Source of the DNA: Myxococcota bacterium
Lineage (GTDB): Bacteria; Myxococcota_A; UBA9160; UBA6930
Length of the DNA stretch: 64,000 bases
Direction of reading: 5' to 3'
Assembly (NCBI GenBank): GCA_965223415.1
Contig: OZ245002.1
Location: forward strand, 5,376,001 to 5,440,000
Both the position numbers and the translations under genes were made by a program. Under the pieces are notes generated by a model. It did not search any database. It was not told the origin of the DNA and worked only from the letters and a program-made list of their open reading frames with translations. This document shows positions 30,776 through 40,388 of this stretch, piece by piece. Position 1 is the first letter of the stretch. The number at the start of each line of letters is the position of its first letter.

Positions 30776-32014
30776 ATGTTCGAGCTCGACGACACACAGC
30801 GCGCCTTCGAGTCGGCCGTGCGGGGCTGGTGTGAGAGGGAGCTGGCCCCGGCCGTGCCGGCGCTCGAGTCTGGCGATCAGCTTCCCTATGACCTGTTGCG
30901 CAAGTTGGGCCGTGACCTAGGCGTAGCCGAGCTGTTGGGCCAGACGGCGGAACGCCGCTTGCGAACGCTCCAGCGCGGTTCGGCCCCAAGCGCAGAAGCT
31001 CGAGAGAGCTCCGGCGATGGCGGCATGGCAGACGATCCGATGCTCACGAGCCTCCTGCTCAAGGAGATCTCACGCGTGTCCCCGGGCTTCGGAATGGTAT
31101 TCATCGCGACGCTGGGCTGCGGCATGGCGATCCTGGGCCGGGGGAGTCGCGAGGCCATCGAGCACTGTGCCCTTCCCGTCCTCCGCTTCGAGAAGATCGG
31201 CGCCTGGGCGCTGACGGAACCCGGTGCCGGCAGCGATGCCTTCGGCAGCATGCACACGACGGCGGTCCTCGAAAGCAACACGCTCGTCCTGAACGGGCAG
31301 AAGACCTTCATCAGCAACGCGCCATACGCAGACGTCTTCGCCATCTACGCGCGCGTCGCGGCGAGCCCGCACGTTTCGACCGACGAGAGGCCGGTGCGCG
31401 CGATCGTCGTCGAGCGCGGGACGCCGGGGCTCGAAACGGGACCCCCGATGCGCAAGATGGGCATGCACGACTCGCCCACGGGTGAAATCTTCCTCCGGGA
31501 CTGCCGGGTCCCGCACGACAATCTGATCGGATCGGTCGAGGCGTCCACGGGTGCGCGTGGATCGGCCGCACTCGACACACTCAACCACGAGCGTGCCGTC
31601 ATGCCCGCCATGTGCCTCGGCATCATCGAGCGCTGCGTCGAGGAGTCGATCCGCCACGCGGGGCAGCGCGAGCAGTTCGGGCATCCGATCGCCGAGTTCC
31701 AGGGCGTGGCCTTCAAGCTGGCCCGCATGGAGCTGACCCTCGAGAACGCCCGCAACCTGGTGGCCAAGCTGGCCTGGGCGCAGCGCGAGGGGCGGCTCGA
31801 CGCCCGGCTCGCCTCGCTCGCCAAGCTCTACTGCGCCGAGGAGGCCGTGCGCGTCTCGCTCGACGCGATTCAGATCCACGGCGGCGCGGGCTATATGGCC
31901 GAGCTTCCCCTCGAGAAGCTCATGCGCGACGCGAAGATGTTCGAGATCGGGGGCGGGACCAACGAGATCCAGCTCCAGACCATTGCCCGTTCGATCTTGG
32001 AAGGGAGTGACTGA
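30776..32014 (+). CDS. Acyl-CoA dehydrogenase
   Basis: ALTEPGAGSDA, NGQKTFISN, REQFG, IGGGTNEIQ. Confidence 0.93.
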   Translation: MFELDDTQRAFESAVRGWCERELAPAVPALESGDQLPYDLLRKLGRDLGVAELLGQTAERRLRTLQRGSAPSAEARESSGDGGMADDPMLTSLLLKEISRVSPGFGMVFIATLGCGMAILGRGSREAIEHCALPVLRFEKIGAWALTEPGAGSDAFGSMHTTAVLESNTLVLNGQKTFISNAPYADVFAIYARVAASPHVSTDERPVRAIVVERGTPGLETGPPMRKMGMHDSPTGEIFLRDCRVPHDNLIGSVEASTGARGSAALDTLNHERAVMPAMCLGIIERCVEESIRHAGQREQFGHPIAEFQGVAFKLARMELTLENARNLVAKLAWAQREGRLDARLASLAKLYCAEEAVRVSLDAIQIHGGAGYMAELPLEKLMRDAKMFEIGGGTNEIQLQTIARSILEGSD

Positions 32015-32016
32015 GG

Positions 32017-33039
32017 ATGACCACCGCATTCGTCACCGGTGCAACCGGGTTCATCGGCGGCCGGCTCGTCCGCGAGCTGGCCGCAAGGGAGGCGTTCGAT
32101 CGCATCCACTGCCTGGTGCGCAACCCGGCGAAGAGCCAGCTGCCCGAACCGGATCGGATCCGCGTCTTCCATGGCGACGTCACCGATTCGGCTTCGCTGC
32201 GCCCGGCGATGGAGGGCTGCGACGCAGCTTTCCATCTGGCGGCCTGGTACGAGCTCGGCATCCCTCGCTCCGAGATTCCGCGCATGGAGGCAATCAACAT
32301 CGAGGGCACGCGAAACGTGCTCACGCTGGCGCGCGAGCTGGGGATTCCCCGAACCGTCTACGTCAGCACGGCCTACGCAATCGGCCAGACCGGAGACCAG
32401 CTCGCGGACGAGAGCTTCGAGCACTGCGGCCGCTTCACGTGCGAGTACGAGCGCACGAAACTCGAAGCCCACCGCGTCGCGCAACGCCTCGCCCGAGAGG
32501 GACTGCCGCTCGTCACGGTGTTGCCGGGGGCGGTCTACGGTGAGGGGGATCCGAGCCTGATCGGCGACACCTTCGCCAAGCTCGCGGCGGGCACGTTTCC
32601 GGCGCTCATCGCGGGAGCAGAGCGATCGACCCTCACCTACGTCCACGTCGACGACGTCGTGCAGGGGATCCTCCTCGCCCTCGAGAAGGGCCGGCCTGGT
32701 GAGTCGTACATCCTCGCGGGCGAGGTGATGAGCTTCGGCGACATGATTCGCTGCGTCACGGAAATCGCTGGATCGAAGCCTCCCCGGCTCACGATCCCGC
32801 TTGGGATCGCCAGGGCAATGGCCTTCGTCGAAGAACGCGTGTCCCGCCTGCGCGGCCGGAGGCCTCTGATCTCCCGTGAGTCCTTGAGCTCACTGCTCTG
32901 CAGCTTCGCGGTGTCTTCCGAGAAGGCATGCAAGGAGCTGGGATACAGTGCGCGCCCCAATCGAGAAGGATTCGCCCAAACTCTCCGCTGGATCCAGGAG
33001 ACAGCGGACTCCGCGCGCCACCCCGGACCCCCGACATGA
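32017..33039 (+). CDS. NAD-dependent epimerase/dehydratase
   Basis: TGATGFIG, HLAA, YERTK. Confidence 0.9.
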   Translation: MTTAFVTGATGFIGGRLVRELAAREAFDRIHCLVRNPAKSQLPEPDRIRVFHGDVTDSASLRPAMEGCDAAFHLAAWYELGIPRSEIPRMEAINIEGTRNVLTLARELGIPRTVYVSTAYAIGQTGDQLADESFEHCGRFTCEYERTKLEAHRVAQRLAREGLPLVTVLPGAVYGEGDPSLIGDTFAKLAAGTFPALIAGAERSTLTYVHVDDVVQGILLALEKGRPGESYILAGEVMSFGDMIRCVTEIAGSKPPRLTIPLGIARAMAFVEERVSRLRGRRPLISRESLSSLLCSFAVSSEKACKELGYSARPNREGFAQTLRWIQETADSARHPGPPT

Positions 33040-33377
33040 CCAGCCCTACCCCTCCCGACGGGTTCCTGGAACCGGCGCGCGAGACGCCGGTGCGTCATGA
33101 GGTGCCGAGGGAGGTCGAGGTCAGGATCTACGCCCAGCCCGTGTAGGGCTCGCCGCCGTCGTCACGACTCCGAGTCGAACCCGGCCAATCCGCGCCCGGA
33201 TCCTGGGCCCGCACCTGCCGATTGGGTCCTGCCTCCCATCTCGATTTCGGTGGACGGGGAGGTCGCTTGTAGCCCGCGCGGTCCCCGGCGCGAGAAGCGC
33301 CGGAAACGCGGCACTTGCCCGCAGAGCGTGCGGGTCACGTGAAACCCGAAAAGCTGAATGAAATCAGTTAGATGTCT

Positions 33378-33472
33378 GGGCGGACGGGACTCGAACCCGC
33401 GGAGCCGGGCGATAAGACCCCGGAATCGTGAGGGTTTTTCTCGGCGACCCCGTGCTCAAGGTGTGCTCAAGG
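33378..33472 (-). repeat. tRNA-Asp 3' fragment att-like site 2 (type A)
   Basis: GGGCGGACGGGACTCGAACCCGC...GTGCTCAAG x2; near copy of site 1. Confidence 0.88.
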
Positions 33473-33516
33473 CGAGCAACCAACAGGCATCGGCGCGTCC
33501 GAGCCTTGGAGCCTCC

Positions 33517-33806
33517 CTAAGCCGCCGCCTCAAGGCTCTCGCGAATGATCCGTGGGTGACGTGCGGCGATCCGGAGCAGCGCGATCGCAGGACCCTCCGG
33601 CTGCCTCCGGCCCTGCTCCCAGTTGCGAAGCGTGTGGACGCTGATTCCCATCGCCTTCGCGAAGTCCGTCTGTGTCAGCCCCACGAAGGTGCGGAGCGCA
33701 GCGATGTCCTGTCCAGACTCGAAGCGGCCCTGTATCAGCCGCCTCCGAAACGGGCGGGAATCGCCCGCTTCAGCTGCTCTTCGGTGAGTTCGGGGATATC
33801 TGTCAT
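33517..33806 (-). pseudogene. HTH antitoxin, frameshifted
   Basis: MTDIPELTEEQL in one frame, XRE HTH (GLTQ.DFA..MGIS..TLRNWEQGR) in another. Confidence 0.7.
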
Positions 33807-34092
33807 CGGCTCTGATCCATGTACGAGCGGTAAAGCGACCCCTCGCATGCGTTGGCCCAACGGGCGCCAATGATTCGAATGATGTCTTGTCGCGCTCGGT
33901 ATAGACGATGACCACGATTCGCCGCTCAATGGGACCGATCGCGATGAAGCGATCCTCGGAGTCGGAGTGTTCGCTGTGGAAGATCTCCAAGTAGTCGACA
34001 TCGGATTCGAAGAGCCATCGAGCCTCCCCGAACGAGATGCCGTGCTTCTCCTGGCTGAGCAGGTCCTTCGCATCGTCCCACTCGAAACGCAC
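33803..34092 (-). pseudogene. brnT: BrnT family toxin, frameshifted
   Basis: RFEWDDAK...KHGISF, EDRF.AIG; RIIGAR motif lies in a shifted frame. Confidence 0.75.
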
Positions 34093-34102
34093 AGGGAAGA
34101 AG

Positions 34103-34135
34103 GTAAGTCATTGACTGACTAGGTCAGTGACTTAC
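34103..34135. promoter_or_regulatory. Inverted repeat, candidate TA operator
   Basis: GTAAGTCA...TGACTTAC upstream of brnT. Confidence 0.5.
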
Positions 34136-34229
34136 GTCATTGAGCCATGGCCTCGGTGGACGTCTGAAAACCGGCCAAAGGTGGACGTCTCAAAGGCGGC
34201 CAAAGGGCCGCGCCCAGGACAGAGGGGTT

Positions 34230-34991
34230 CTACCGCGCCGGGGCCTCCTTCGGCAAGGCGGTGGTCTTCTTGGTGCGCCAGCTGCGGGGTCCGCACTTGA
34301 GCAGGTGGCCGTGGTGGAGGAGGCGGTCGAGCATGGCGGTGACGGCTGCCGTGTCGCCGAGGAGCCGGCCCCAGTCGTCGACGGGTCGGTTCGAGGTGAC
34401 GAGGGTGCTGGTGCGCTCGTAGCGGCGCATGATCAGCTCGAGGAGGTCCTCGGCGGCCGTGGTGGGGAGCTTGCGCATGCCGAGGTCGTCGAGGATGAGC
34501 AGCGGCACTCTCGCGATCTCGGCCAGGTACTCCTTGCGGGTGCCGTCGAGGGTCGCATCAGCGAGTTCCTCGAGGAGGACGTGGACCTCGCGGTAGGCGA
34601 CGCGATGGCCCTGGTGGATGACGGCGAGGCCGATCGCCTGGGCGAGATGGCTCTTGCCCGTGCCCGGCGGGCCGAGGAAGACAGCGTCCTCGGCTTGCTC
34701 GAGGAAGCGGCCCGTGGCGAGCTCGAAGACCAGGGCGCGATCGATCTTCGTATTGAAGCGGAAGTCGAAGCCGTTGAGGGTCCGGTTGGCGTCGCGGAAG
34801 CGGGCCTGCTTGATGCGCCGGGCCAGCAGTCGGTCCTGCCGGCGCTCGAGCTCGTCCTGGACGAGCGCCGAGAGCAGGTCGATGGCCGCCCACTCGCCCT
34901 TCTGGGCTTCGAGGAGCCGCATCTCCAGATGCTCGGCCATGCCCGAGAGCCGGAGCTTGCGCAGTGCGGGATCGAGTTCAGTCAGATTCAC
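34230..34991 (-). CDS. istB: IS21 helper ATPase
   Basis: GPPGTGKS, LILDDLG, LDRLLHH. Confidence 0.92.
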   Translation of the reverse strand: MNLTELDPALRKLRLSGMAEHLEMRLLEAQKGEWAAIDLLSALVQDELERRQDRLLARRIKQARFRDANRTLNGFDFRFNTKIDRALVFELATGRFLEQAEDAVFLGPPGTGKSHLAQAIGLAVIHQGHRVAYREVHVLLEELADATLDGTRKEYLAEIARVPLLILDDLGMRKLPTTAAEDLLELIMRRYERTSTLVTSNRPVDDWGRLLGDTAAVTAMLDRLLHHGHLLKCGPRSWRTKKTTALPKEAPAR

Positions 34992-36567
34992 GAGAGGTCT
35001 CCTCGGTGCGGCGATCGATGAGATCGCGGTAGTGGGTGAGCTGGCGGATGAGCGGGTCCACCTGCTTGAGCGAGAGCGGCAGCTCGGGCTGACGCTCCAG
35101 GTAGCGCTTGACGAACGCGTAGGTGGGCAGCTCGAGGGCCAGGGCGGTGGCGCAGGCATCGTCGACGCGAGGGATGCCGTGGCGCTTGCACAGGGAGAGC
35201 ACGCCCAGGATGCGACGCACCCCGGGCTCGCCGTCCAGGCGATGGATCGCCTCACACACCTCGCCCACGTGGACGCCGGCGCGCCGGGCCCGCGCGAGCA
35301 GCTGGAGGGTCGTGGCCGGCGTCCGCTTCGGGCGGTCCTCCTCCCGCATCCTGCGGCGCCCCCGCCTCTGGCGGACGTGCTCGCGCAGCAGCTCCCCCGT
35401 CTGCAGATCGAGCATCCGCACCCGCAGCCCGTCCCATTGGACGGCCACCCGCCGCCCCAGCCAGCCCGGCGGCGCGTGGTAGTAGGCCCCCTCCACCTCG
35501 ATGGCCCCGTCGAGGTGCACCGTGCGCTCGCCGTGCTGGTAGTAGCGGAAGGGCTCGATGGGAAGCCCGAGCAGGTGCGGCTTCTCCTCTTCGTACATCG
35601 CCGCCACCTGGCGCTTGGTCGTGCCGTGGATGCGGGTGTCGGCCCATCGGCGCTCCCAGCGGTCGAGGTAGGCCTGGGCCTGCTCGAGCGACTCGAAGCG
35701 CATCCCGCGGACCTTCTGCTGCGCGTGGCGCACCCCGGACTCGACCTTCCCCTTGCGATCGGGGTGGCGCACCCGGCACGGAAGCGCCGTCACGCCGTAG
35801 TGGGCGAGCACATCGCGGTAGAGGGGGTTGAGCGCGGGGTCGTAGACGTCGGGCTTGAGAACGCCCTCCTTGAGGTTGTCGAGGACGACGGTGCGCGGTG
35901 CACCGCCCAGCCGGCGGAAGGCCTTCTCGTGCAGCTCCGACCAGACCTGGCTGCTCGACTTCCACACGAGCAGCCGAACGCACTTGCGGCTGTAGCCCAG
36001 GGTGAAGACGAACAGCCTCGTGCGCCGGTACTTCCCCGACCCGGGATGCCGCACCATCGGCCCGTCGCCGTAGTCGACCTGGCCCTCTTCTCCCGGTGCC
36101 GTCTCGATCACCGGGTGCGCCTCGCGCGGCGCCGCGGCTCGCTGCTTCGCCACGAAGCGCTTCACACTCGCATAGCTGAAGGCGAAGCCGTGGTCATCGA
36201 CTAGGTCCTGCCAGATCGCCATCGCCGTCCGGCCCTGGCGCACGCCCGCCTCGATCCACTCGCGGTAGGGCTCGCAGGCGCTGGCCTGGGGGCTCCGGCC
36301 CGGCATCGGCGGCCAGGCCGGATCGGTGGACGCCTCTTTGGCCGCTTTTGCCGGGGCCTTCGAGTCGGTGGACGCCTCTATGGCCGGGTTTGGGGCCCCG
36401 TGCCCCCAGCGACCAGGAGATCGCACCGCGATCCCCGCGGCCCGGAGGTAACGGCTCGCCGTCTCCCGGCGCACGCCCGTCGCCTCCTCGATCCGCCGAA
36501 GCGACCAGCCGAGGCGGCCAAGTGCCAGAATCTGCTCGCGTTTCTCGTTGCCCAGAAGGTTCGCCAT
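34978..36567 (-). CDS. istA: IS21 transposase
   Basis: ETAPGEEGQVDYG, LDNLKEGV, KGKVES. Confidence 0.92.
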   Translation of the reverse strand: MANLLGNEKREQILALGRLGWSLRRIEEATGVRRETASRYLRAAGIAVRSPGRWGHGAPNPAIEASTDSKAPAKAAKEASTDPAWPPMPGRSPQASACEPYREWIEAGVRQGRTAMAIWQDLVDDHGFAFSYASVKRFVAKQRAAAPREAHPVIETAPGEEGQVDYGDGPMVRHPGSGKYRRTRLFVFTLGYSRKCVRLLVWKSSSQVWSELHEKAFRRLGGAPRTVVLDNLKEGVLKPDVYDPALNPLYRDVLAHYGVTALPCRVRHPDRKGKVESGVRHAQQKVRGMRFESLEQAQAYLDRWERRWADTRIHGTTKRQVAAMYEEEKPHLLGLPIEPFRYYQHGERTVHLDGAIEVEGAYYHAPPGWLGRRVAVQWDGLRVRMLDLQTGELLREHVRQRRGRRRMREEDRPKRTPATTLQLLARARRAGVHVGEVCEAIHRLDGEPGVRRILGVLSLCKRHGIPRVDDACATALALELPTYAFVKRYLERQPELPLSLKQVDPLIRQLTHYRDLIDRRTEETSRESD

Positions 36568-36774
36568 GGCGGCGGGGGATCGCAGGTCCCTCGCCGTCGT
36601 CAACGTCCTGGGCGTCAGCCCCTATGGCCGCTTTTCAGACGTCCTTCTATGGCCGGTTTTGGGTGTCCACCGAGGGCCATGGCGCAAGGCGCGCGCCCTG
36701 GACCGGGCGGTGCGTATCCCACTCGTATCCCGACTCCCAGGCGGTCGGGAAACCCTAGAGAATCCGGAACCTTG

Positions 36775-36871
36775 TGGCGGGGCGGACGGGACTCGAACCT
36801 ACAACCTCCGGCTGTAACTCCGCGGAAACCCGGGGGTTCGTGAGGCGGAGGCTTGTATCCCGTTGTATCCC
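36775..36871 (-). repeat. tRNA-Asp 3' fragment att-like site 3 (type B)
   Basis: TGGCGGGGCGGACGGGACTCGAACCTACAACCTCCGGC...TGTATCCCGTTGTATCCC; GTATCCC x2 also at 36714-36731. Confidence 0.9.
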
Positions 36872-36930
36872 ACCAGGGCGAGGGCGCTCCGGCTGGCTGG
36901 TGACCTCGCGCCTTGTGTAGCCTCTCACAC

Positions 36931-37131
36931 ATGGCGACCAACCTCGATCTCGACCCCAACCTCGTCGAGCGCGCCCTGGCCCTGAGCGGGGCCCCTACCA
37001 AGAAGGCGGCTGTGACGGCAGCCCTCCAGGAGTTCATCGCGCGGCGTGAGCAGCGCGGGCTCCTCGAGCTCTTTGGCAAGCTCGAGTGGGATCCTGGCTA
37101 CGACTACAAGCGTGAGCGCTCCCGGGATTGA
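36931..37131 (+). CDS. vapB: VapB-like antitoxin
   Basis: MATNLDLD..L...AL..SG..TKK.AV..AL.EFI; overlaps PIN toxin. Confidence 0.88.
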   Translation: MATNLDLDPNLVERALALSGAPTKKAAVTAALQEFIARREQRGLLELFGKLEWDPGYDYKRERSRD

Positions 37132-37532
37132 GCCTGTTCGTCGACACGAGCGTCTGGTCGCTCGCACTGCGCCGCGACCGTCCACCCGACGTGCCAGAGG
37201 TCGGCGCGCTCGAGCGGGCGCTCGCGGAGGGCGAGTTGATCACTACCACCGGCCTCGTCTACCAGGAGCTCCTCCAGGGGTTCCATGGCCCGCGCGACCA
37301 GGAGGCGATCGTGGCGCACTTCGGCGCCCTGCCCTTCCTGACGCCCGATCGCCACGATCACTTCGAGGCCGCGCAGTTGCGCAACCGGGCCCGCCGTCGG
37401 GGAGTCCAGGTCGGCACGATCGACGCGATCCTCGCCCAGCTCTGCATCCGCTACGAGCTACGGCTGCTCACCACCGACGCGGACTTCGCGCGAATCGCCG
37501 AGCAAGAGCCGCTGGAGCGCTGGATGCCGTAG
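37128..37532 (+). CDS. vapC: VapC PIN-domain toxin
   Basis: VDTSVWS, IDAILA, LLTTDADF. Confidence 0.92.
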   Translation: MSLFVDTSVWSLALRRDRPPDVPEVGALERALAEGELITTTGLVYQELLQGFHGPRDQEAIVAHFGALPFLTPDRHDHFEAAQLRNRARRRGVQVGTIDAILAQLCIRYELRLLTTDADFARIAEQEPLERWMP

Positions 37533-37542
37533 CAGGCCAGCC

Positions 37543-37558
37543 GGGGATTCGAACCCCC
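37543..37558 (-). repeat. tRNA T-arm fragment (Arg-type)
   Basis: GGGATTCGAACCCCC as in 43360-43374, 10 bp after the vapC stop. Confidence 0.5.
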
Positions 37559-37612
37559 TGCGCCAGCGACATGAGGGGACGTCGCACAGGCCACATCGGC
37601 CCGGCCCCCGCA

Positions 37613-38233
37613 TCAGGCTTCGGCGCGGCTCCCGGACCAGGAGAGCACCGTCTCGAGGAGAGCGACGGCAAGCGCCCGCTCCTGCTCGACGCCGCCGAGG
37701 AGTTCCGACCCCATCTCCCCGAGGTTCACGCGGACCGCATGGAAGACGACGACGTGGAGCAGCGCTTGCCGCAGCGGGGCCTCTGCGGGCATGCGCGAAC
37801 CCCTCGCACTGCGCACCGCGGCCTCGATCCGCTCCACGAGGGGCAGCATCGTGTCGCGAACCGCGGCCATCCCGTGCCTTCCGGGGCCGAGGACCTCGGC
37901 GTTGAGCACGCCGAGGAGATCGCGGTGCTCCACCTCGAAGGCGGAGATCGCATCCAGGACGTCGGCCAGCAGCTTGCGGGGTGACTCGTCGGACGCGAGC
38001 ACTCGCACGAGCGGCTCTTCGATGCGGCGATAGGCACGACGCATCACCTCGTCGAAGAGGACTTCCTTCGATCCGAAGTGGTAGAGGAGCGACGGGGCTC
38101 GCATGCCGGCCGCTTCGGCCAGCTGCTGCAGGGAGGTCGGGTGGAAGCCGCCCTTGGCGAAGGCGTGCTCCGCTGCCGAGAGGATCCGCTCTCGCGTCGC
38201 GGCTCGATCTAGCGAGCCTCTGGGCCGTCCCAC
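37613..38233 (-). CDS. TetR/AcrR regulator
   Basis: TRERILSAA..FA..GF..TSL..LA..AG....SLLYHF; palindrome ATCTAAT-GGT-ATTAGAT at 38258-38274. Confidence 0.88.
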   Translation of the reverse strand: MGRPRGSLDRAATRERILSAAEHAFAKGGFHPTSLQQLAEAAGMRAPSLLYHFGSKEVLFDEVMRRAYRRIEEPLVRVLASDESPRKLLADVLDAISAFEVEHRDLLGVLNAEVLGPGRHGMAAVRDTMLPLVERIEAAVRSARGSRMPAEAPLRQALLHVVVFHAVRVNLGEMGSELLGGVEQERALAVALLETVLSWSGSRAEA

Positions 38234-38314
38234 GAGACCTCCGGCGTGTTGCAGAAAATCTAATGGTATTAGATAGTCCTGCTGCTGCCCACCCGGCGCT
38301 CCAGGGAGGACTCC

Positions 38315-38866
38315 ATGACCGAGCAGCCCGAGAACACGACCCGCGAGGCCCAGGCCCCTGTCCAAGCCGAGGACCTCCGCGAGCTCTCCCCGGAAGAGCT
38401 CATGGACCTCTTCCACAAGGGCCGTGCCCCAACCTCCCTGGCCGCGATCGAGGGCGACCCACGAGGCGTCGGCATCGGGCTGCACTTCTGGTCGCGCGGC
38501 TGGATCGATCGCTGGCTCCGAAAGCGGACGACGACCGAGCGCTTCCTGTGGCACGGGAAGAGCTTCCGGATGAAGACCGAGACCGAGGGCTGGGGCTTCA
38601 ACCGCACCGGCCGCGGCCCGATCCTCACCGTCTTCCCCTTCAAGACCAGCCTCGGGACCTCCGTGATCGACGGCGAGCCCTGCGTGGTCATCGACTACGA
38701 CGTGCCGCGGAATCCGTGGTGGGAGCGGCTCACCTGGGACGAGCTGCGCGAGGTGTCACCGGGGGTGTTCCTGGGCGTGACGACGCTCCGCCTCTTCGGA
38801 CGTCACCGGGTCTCCCTCTGGTTCGCCGTGGACACGACGGCGCCCCAGGATTGGGCGGGTGCCTGA
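38315..38866 (+). CDS. Hypothetical protein
   Basis: GGAGG RBS; W.GK.F, SVIDG, WDELREVSPGVFLG; divergent from TetR. Confidence 0.7.
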   Translation: MTEQPENTTREAQAPVQAEDLRELSPEELMDLFHKGRAPTSLAAIEGDPRGVGIGLHFWSRGWIDRWLRKRTTTERFLWHGKSFRMKTETEGWGFNRTGRGPILTVFPFKTSLGTSVIDGEPCVVIDYDVPRNPWWERLTWDELREVSPGVFLGVTTLRLFGRHRVSLWFAVDTTAPQDWAGA

Positions 38867-38991
38867 TCGGCCCTTCTGCGAATCCGCTCGGCCCGTCTCC
38901 CGGCTGTCGGAATGATGTTAGGCGCCGACTCGTCGCGGAACGCGAGGCTCTGGCGTGCCAACGGCCACGCCCATCCGCGCGACTCCTTCGC

Positions 38992-39897
38992 GTGAGTGTG
39001 TTCACGGACAAGGTCGCGATCATTACCGGCGGCGCTTCCGGCATCGGCCGGGCACTCGGGGAGGCGCTGGCCCGGGCGGGGGCGCGGGTGGTGCTCGCCG
39101 ACCGCGACGCGGAGCGGCTCTTCCGAGCAGGCGAAGGCCTCGGCTCCGCCGGTGCGAGGGCCCGGACGGCCATCCTCGATGTCCGGGACTCCCGCGCGGT
39201 ACACGAGCTCGTCGAGAAGACGGCGCAGGAGCACGGCCGGCTGGACTACCTCTTCAACAACGCCGGGATCGGCGTCTTCGGCGAGGCCCGCGACGTCTCA
39301 CTCGAGGACTGGCGCAACGTCGTCGACGTCGATCTCTACGGCGTCGTGCACGGTGTCACCGCCGCGTACCCGCTCATGGTGGAGCAGGGCTCCGGCCACA
39401 TCGTCAACACGGCTTCGCTCGCCGGATTGATTCCCGGGGTCGGCGGGGCCTCCTATTCTGCAGCCAAGTACGGCGTGGTCGGCCTCTCACACGCCCTGCG
39501 CTTGGAGGCGGAGGCTCTGGGCGTCAAGGTGAGCGTGGCGTGCCCCGGCTTCGTCGAGACGGCCTTCCAGACCAGCAAGGTGGTGGGGCTGAACCGCGAG
39601 GCGTTCCTCGCCGGAGCACCGAAGCTCATGCCCGCGGACCGGTGTGCGCGGGACATCCTGCGCGGAGTCGAGCGCAACCAGGAGACCATCGTCGTCAGCA
39701 CCCTCGCCAAGGTCGCCTGGCGCTCGTACCGGTACGCGCCCGGCCTGGTGAGGTGGACCATGCGAAGAACCCTCAGAGAGATGCGCGAACTGCGCACCGA
39801 GCCATCCAGACGTCAGGGGTCCGAGATCAGGCGCTCGCCGCACGACCAAGGGCAGCCAAAGCGCCGAACCAAGCACCGCCAGAACGAGAATAGATGA
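38992..39897 (+). CDS. SDR family oxidoreductase (C-terminus reads into repeat flank)
   Basis: TGGASGIG, FNNAG, YSAAK. Confidence 0.88.
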   Translation: MSVFTDKVAIITGGASGIGRALGEALARAGARVVLADRDAERLFRAGEGLGSAGARARTAILDVRDSRAVHELVEKTAQEHGRLDYLFNNAGIGVFGEARDVSLEDWRNVVDVDLYGVVHGVTAAYPLMVEQGSGHIVNTASLAGLIPGVGGASYSAAKYGVVGLSHALRLEAEALGVKVSVACPGFVETAFQTSKVVGLNREAFLAGAPKLMPADRCARDILRGVERNQETIVVSTLAKVAWRSYRYAPGLVRWTMRRTLREMRELRTEPSRRQGSEIRRSPHDQGQPKRRTKHRQNENR

Positions 39898-39914
39898 ACG
39901 ATTCCGGGTACTTA

Positions 39915-40011
39915 TGGCGGGGCGGACGGGACTCGAACCTACAACCTTCGGCTGTAACTCCTCGGAAACGAAGGGGTTCTTGAGGCTGAAGCCTGTATCC
40001 CGTTGTATCCC
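39915..40011 (-). repeat. tRNA-Asp 3' fragment att-like site 4 (type B)
   Basis: Same core and TGTATCCC x2; left flank 39811-39914 resembles 43451-43555. Confidence 0.9.
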
Positions 40012-40061
40012 GAACCCCGACGGGCCCTGCTTCTGATAGCCAATTGGCTACCATTCGGACC

Positions 40062-40388
40062 ATGTCGGTCGCAAGCATCGTCCGGGAGGCCCGCCGCCGC
40101 GCGGGCCTGACCCAGGCCTCATTGGCCCAGAAGGCGGGCGTTCCGAAGTCCACCGTAGGCCGGATCGAGTCCGGGGCTCGAACGCCTTCGGTCGAGCTCG
40201 TGGAGCGGCTCGTCCGAGCGGCCGGGCTCGAGGTCACCATCGCCTTGTCCGAGCCCGATCCCGGAACCGACTCCTTGTTCGAGCGCACGCTACGCCGCAC
40301 ACCTGCAGAGCGACTCGCCGATGCGACTCGAGCGGCGCGCTTCGTCCTGCGCGGCAGGCGCGAGATCGCGGCCGCGGCCGATGGCTAG
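40062..40388 (+). CDS. XRE-family HTH protein (putative antitoxin)
   Basis: REARRRAGLTQ..LA.KAGV..STV.RIESG; palindrome TAGCCAATTGGCTA at 40037-40050. Confidence 0.85.
   Translation: MSVASIVREARRRAGLTQASLAQKAGVPKSTVGRIESGARTPSVELVERLVRAAGLEVTIALSEPDPGTDSLFERTLRRTPAERLADATRAARFVLRGRREIAAAADG

Larger units (their letters stand above)
34151..36675 (-). mobile_element. IS21 family element type C
   Basis: IR CCTCGGTGGAC/GTCCACCGAGG; 7-bp TSD GCCATGG. Confidence 0.9.
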
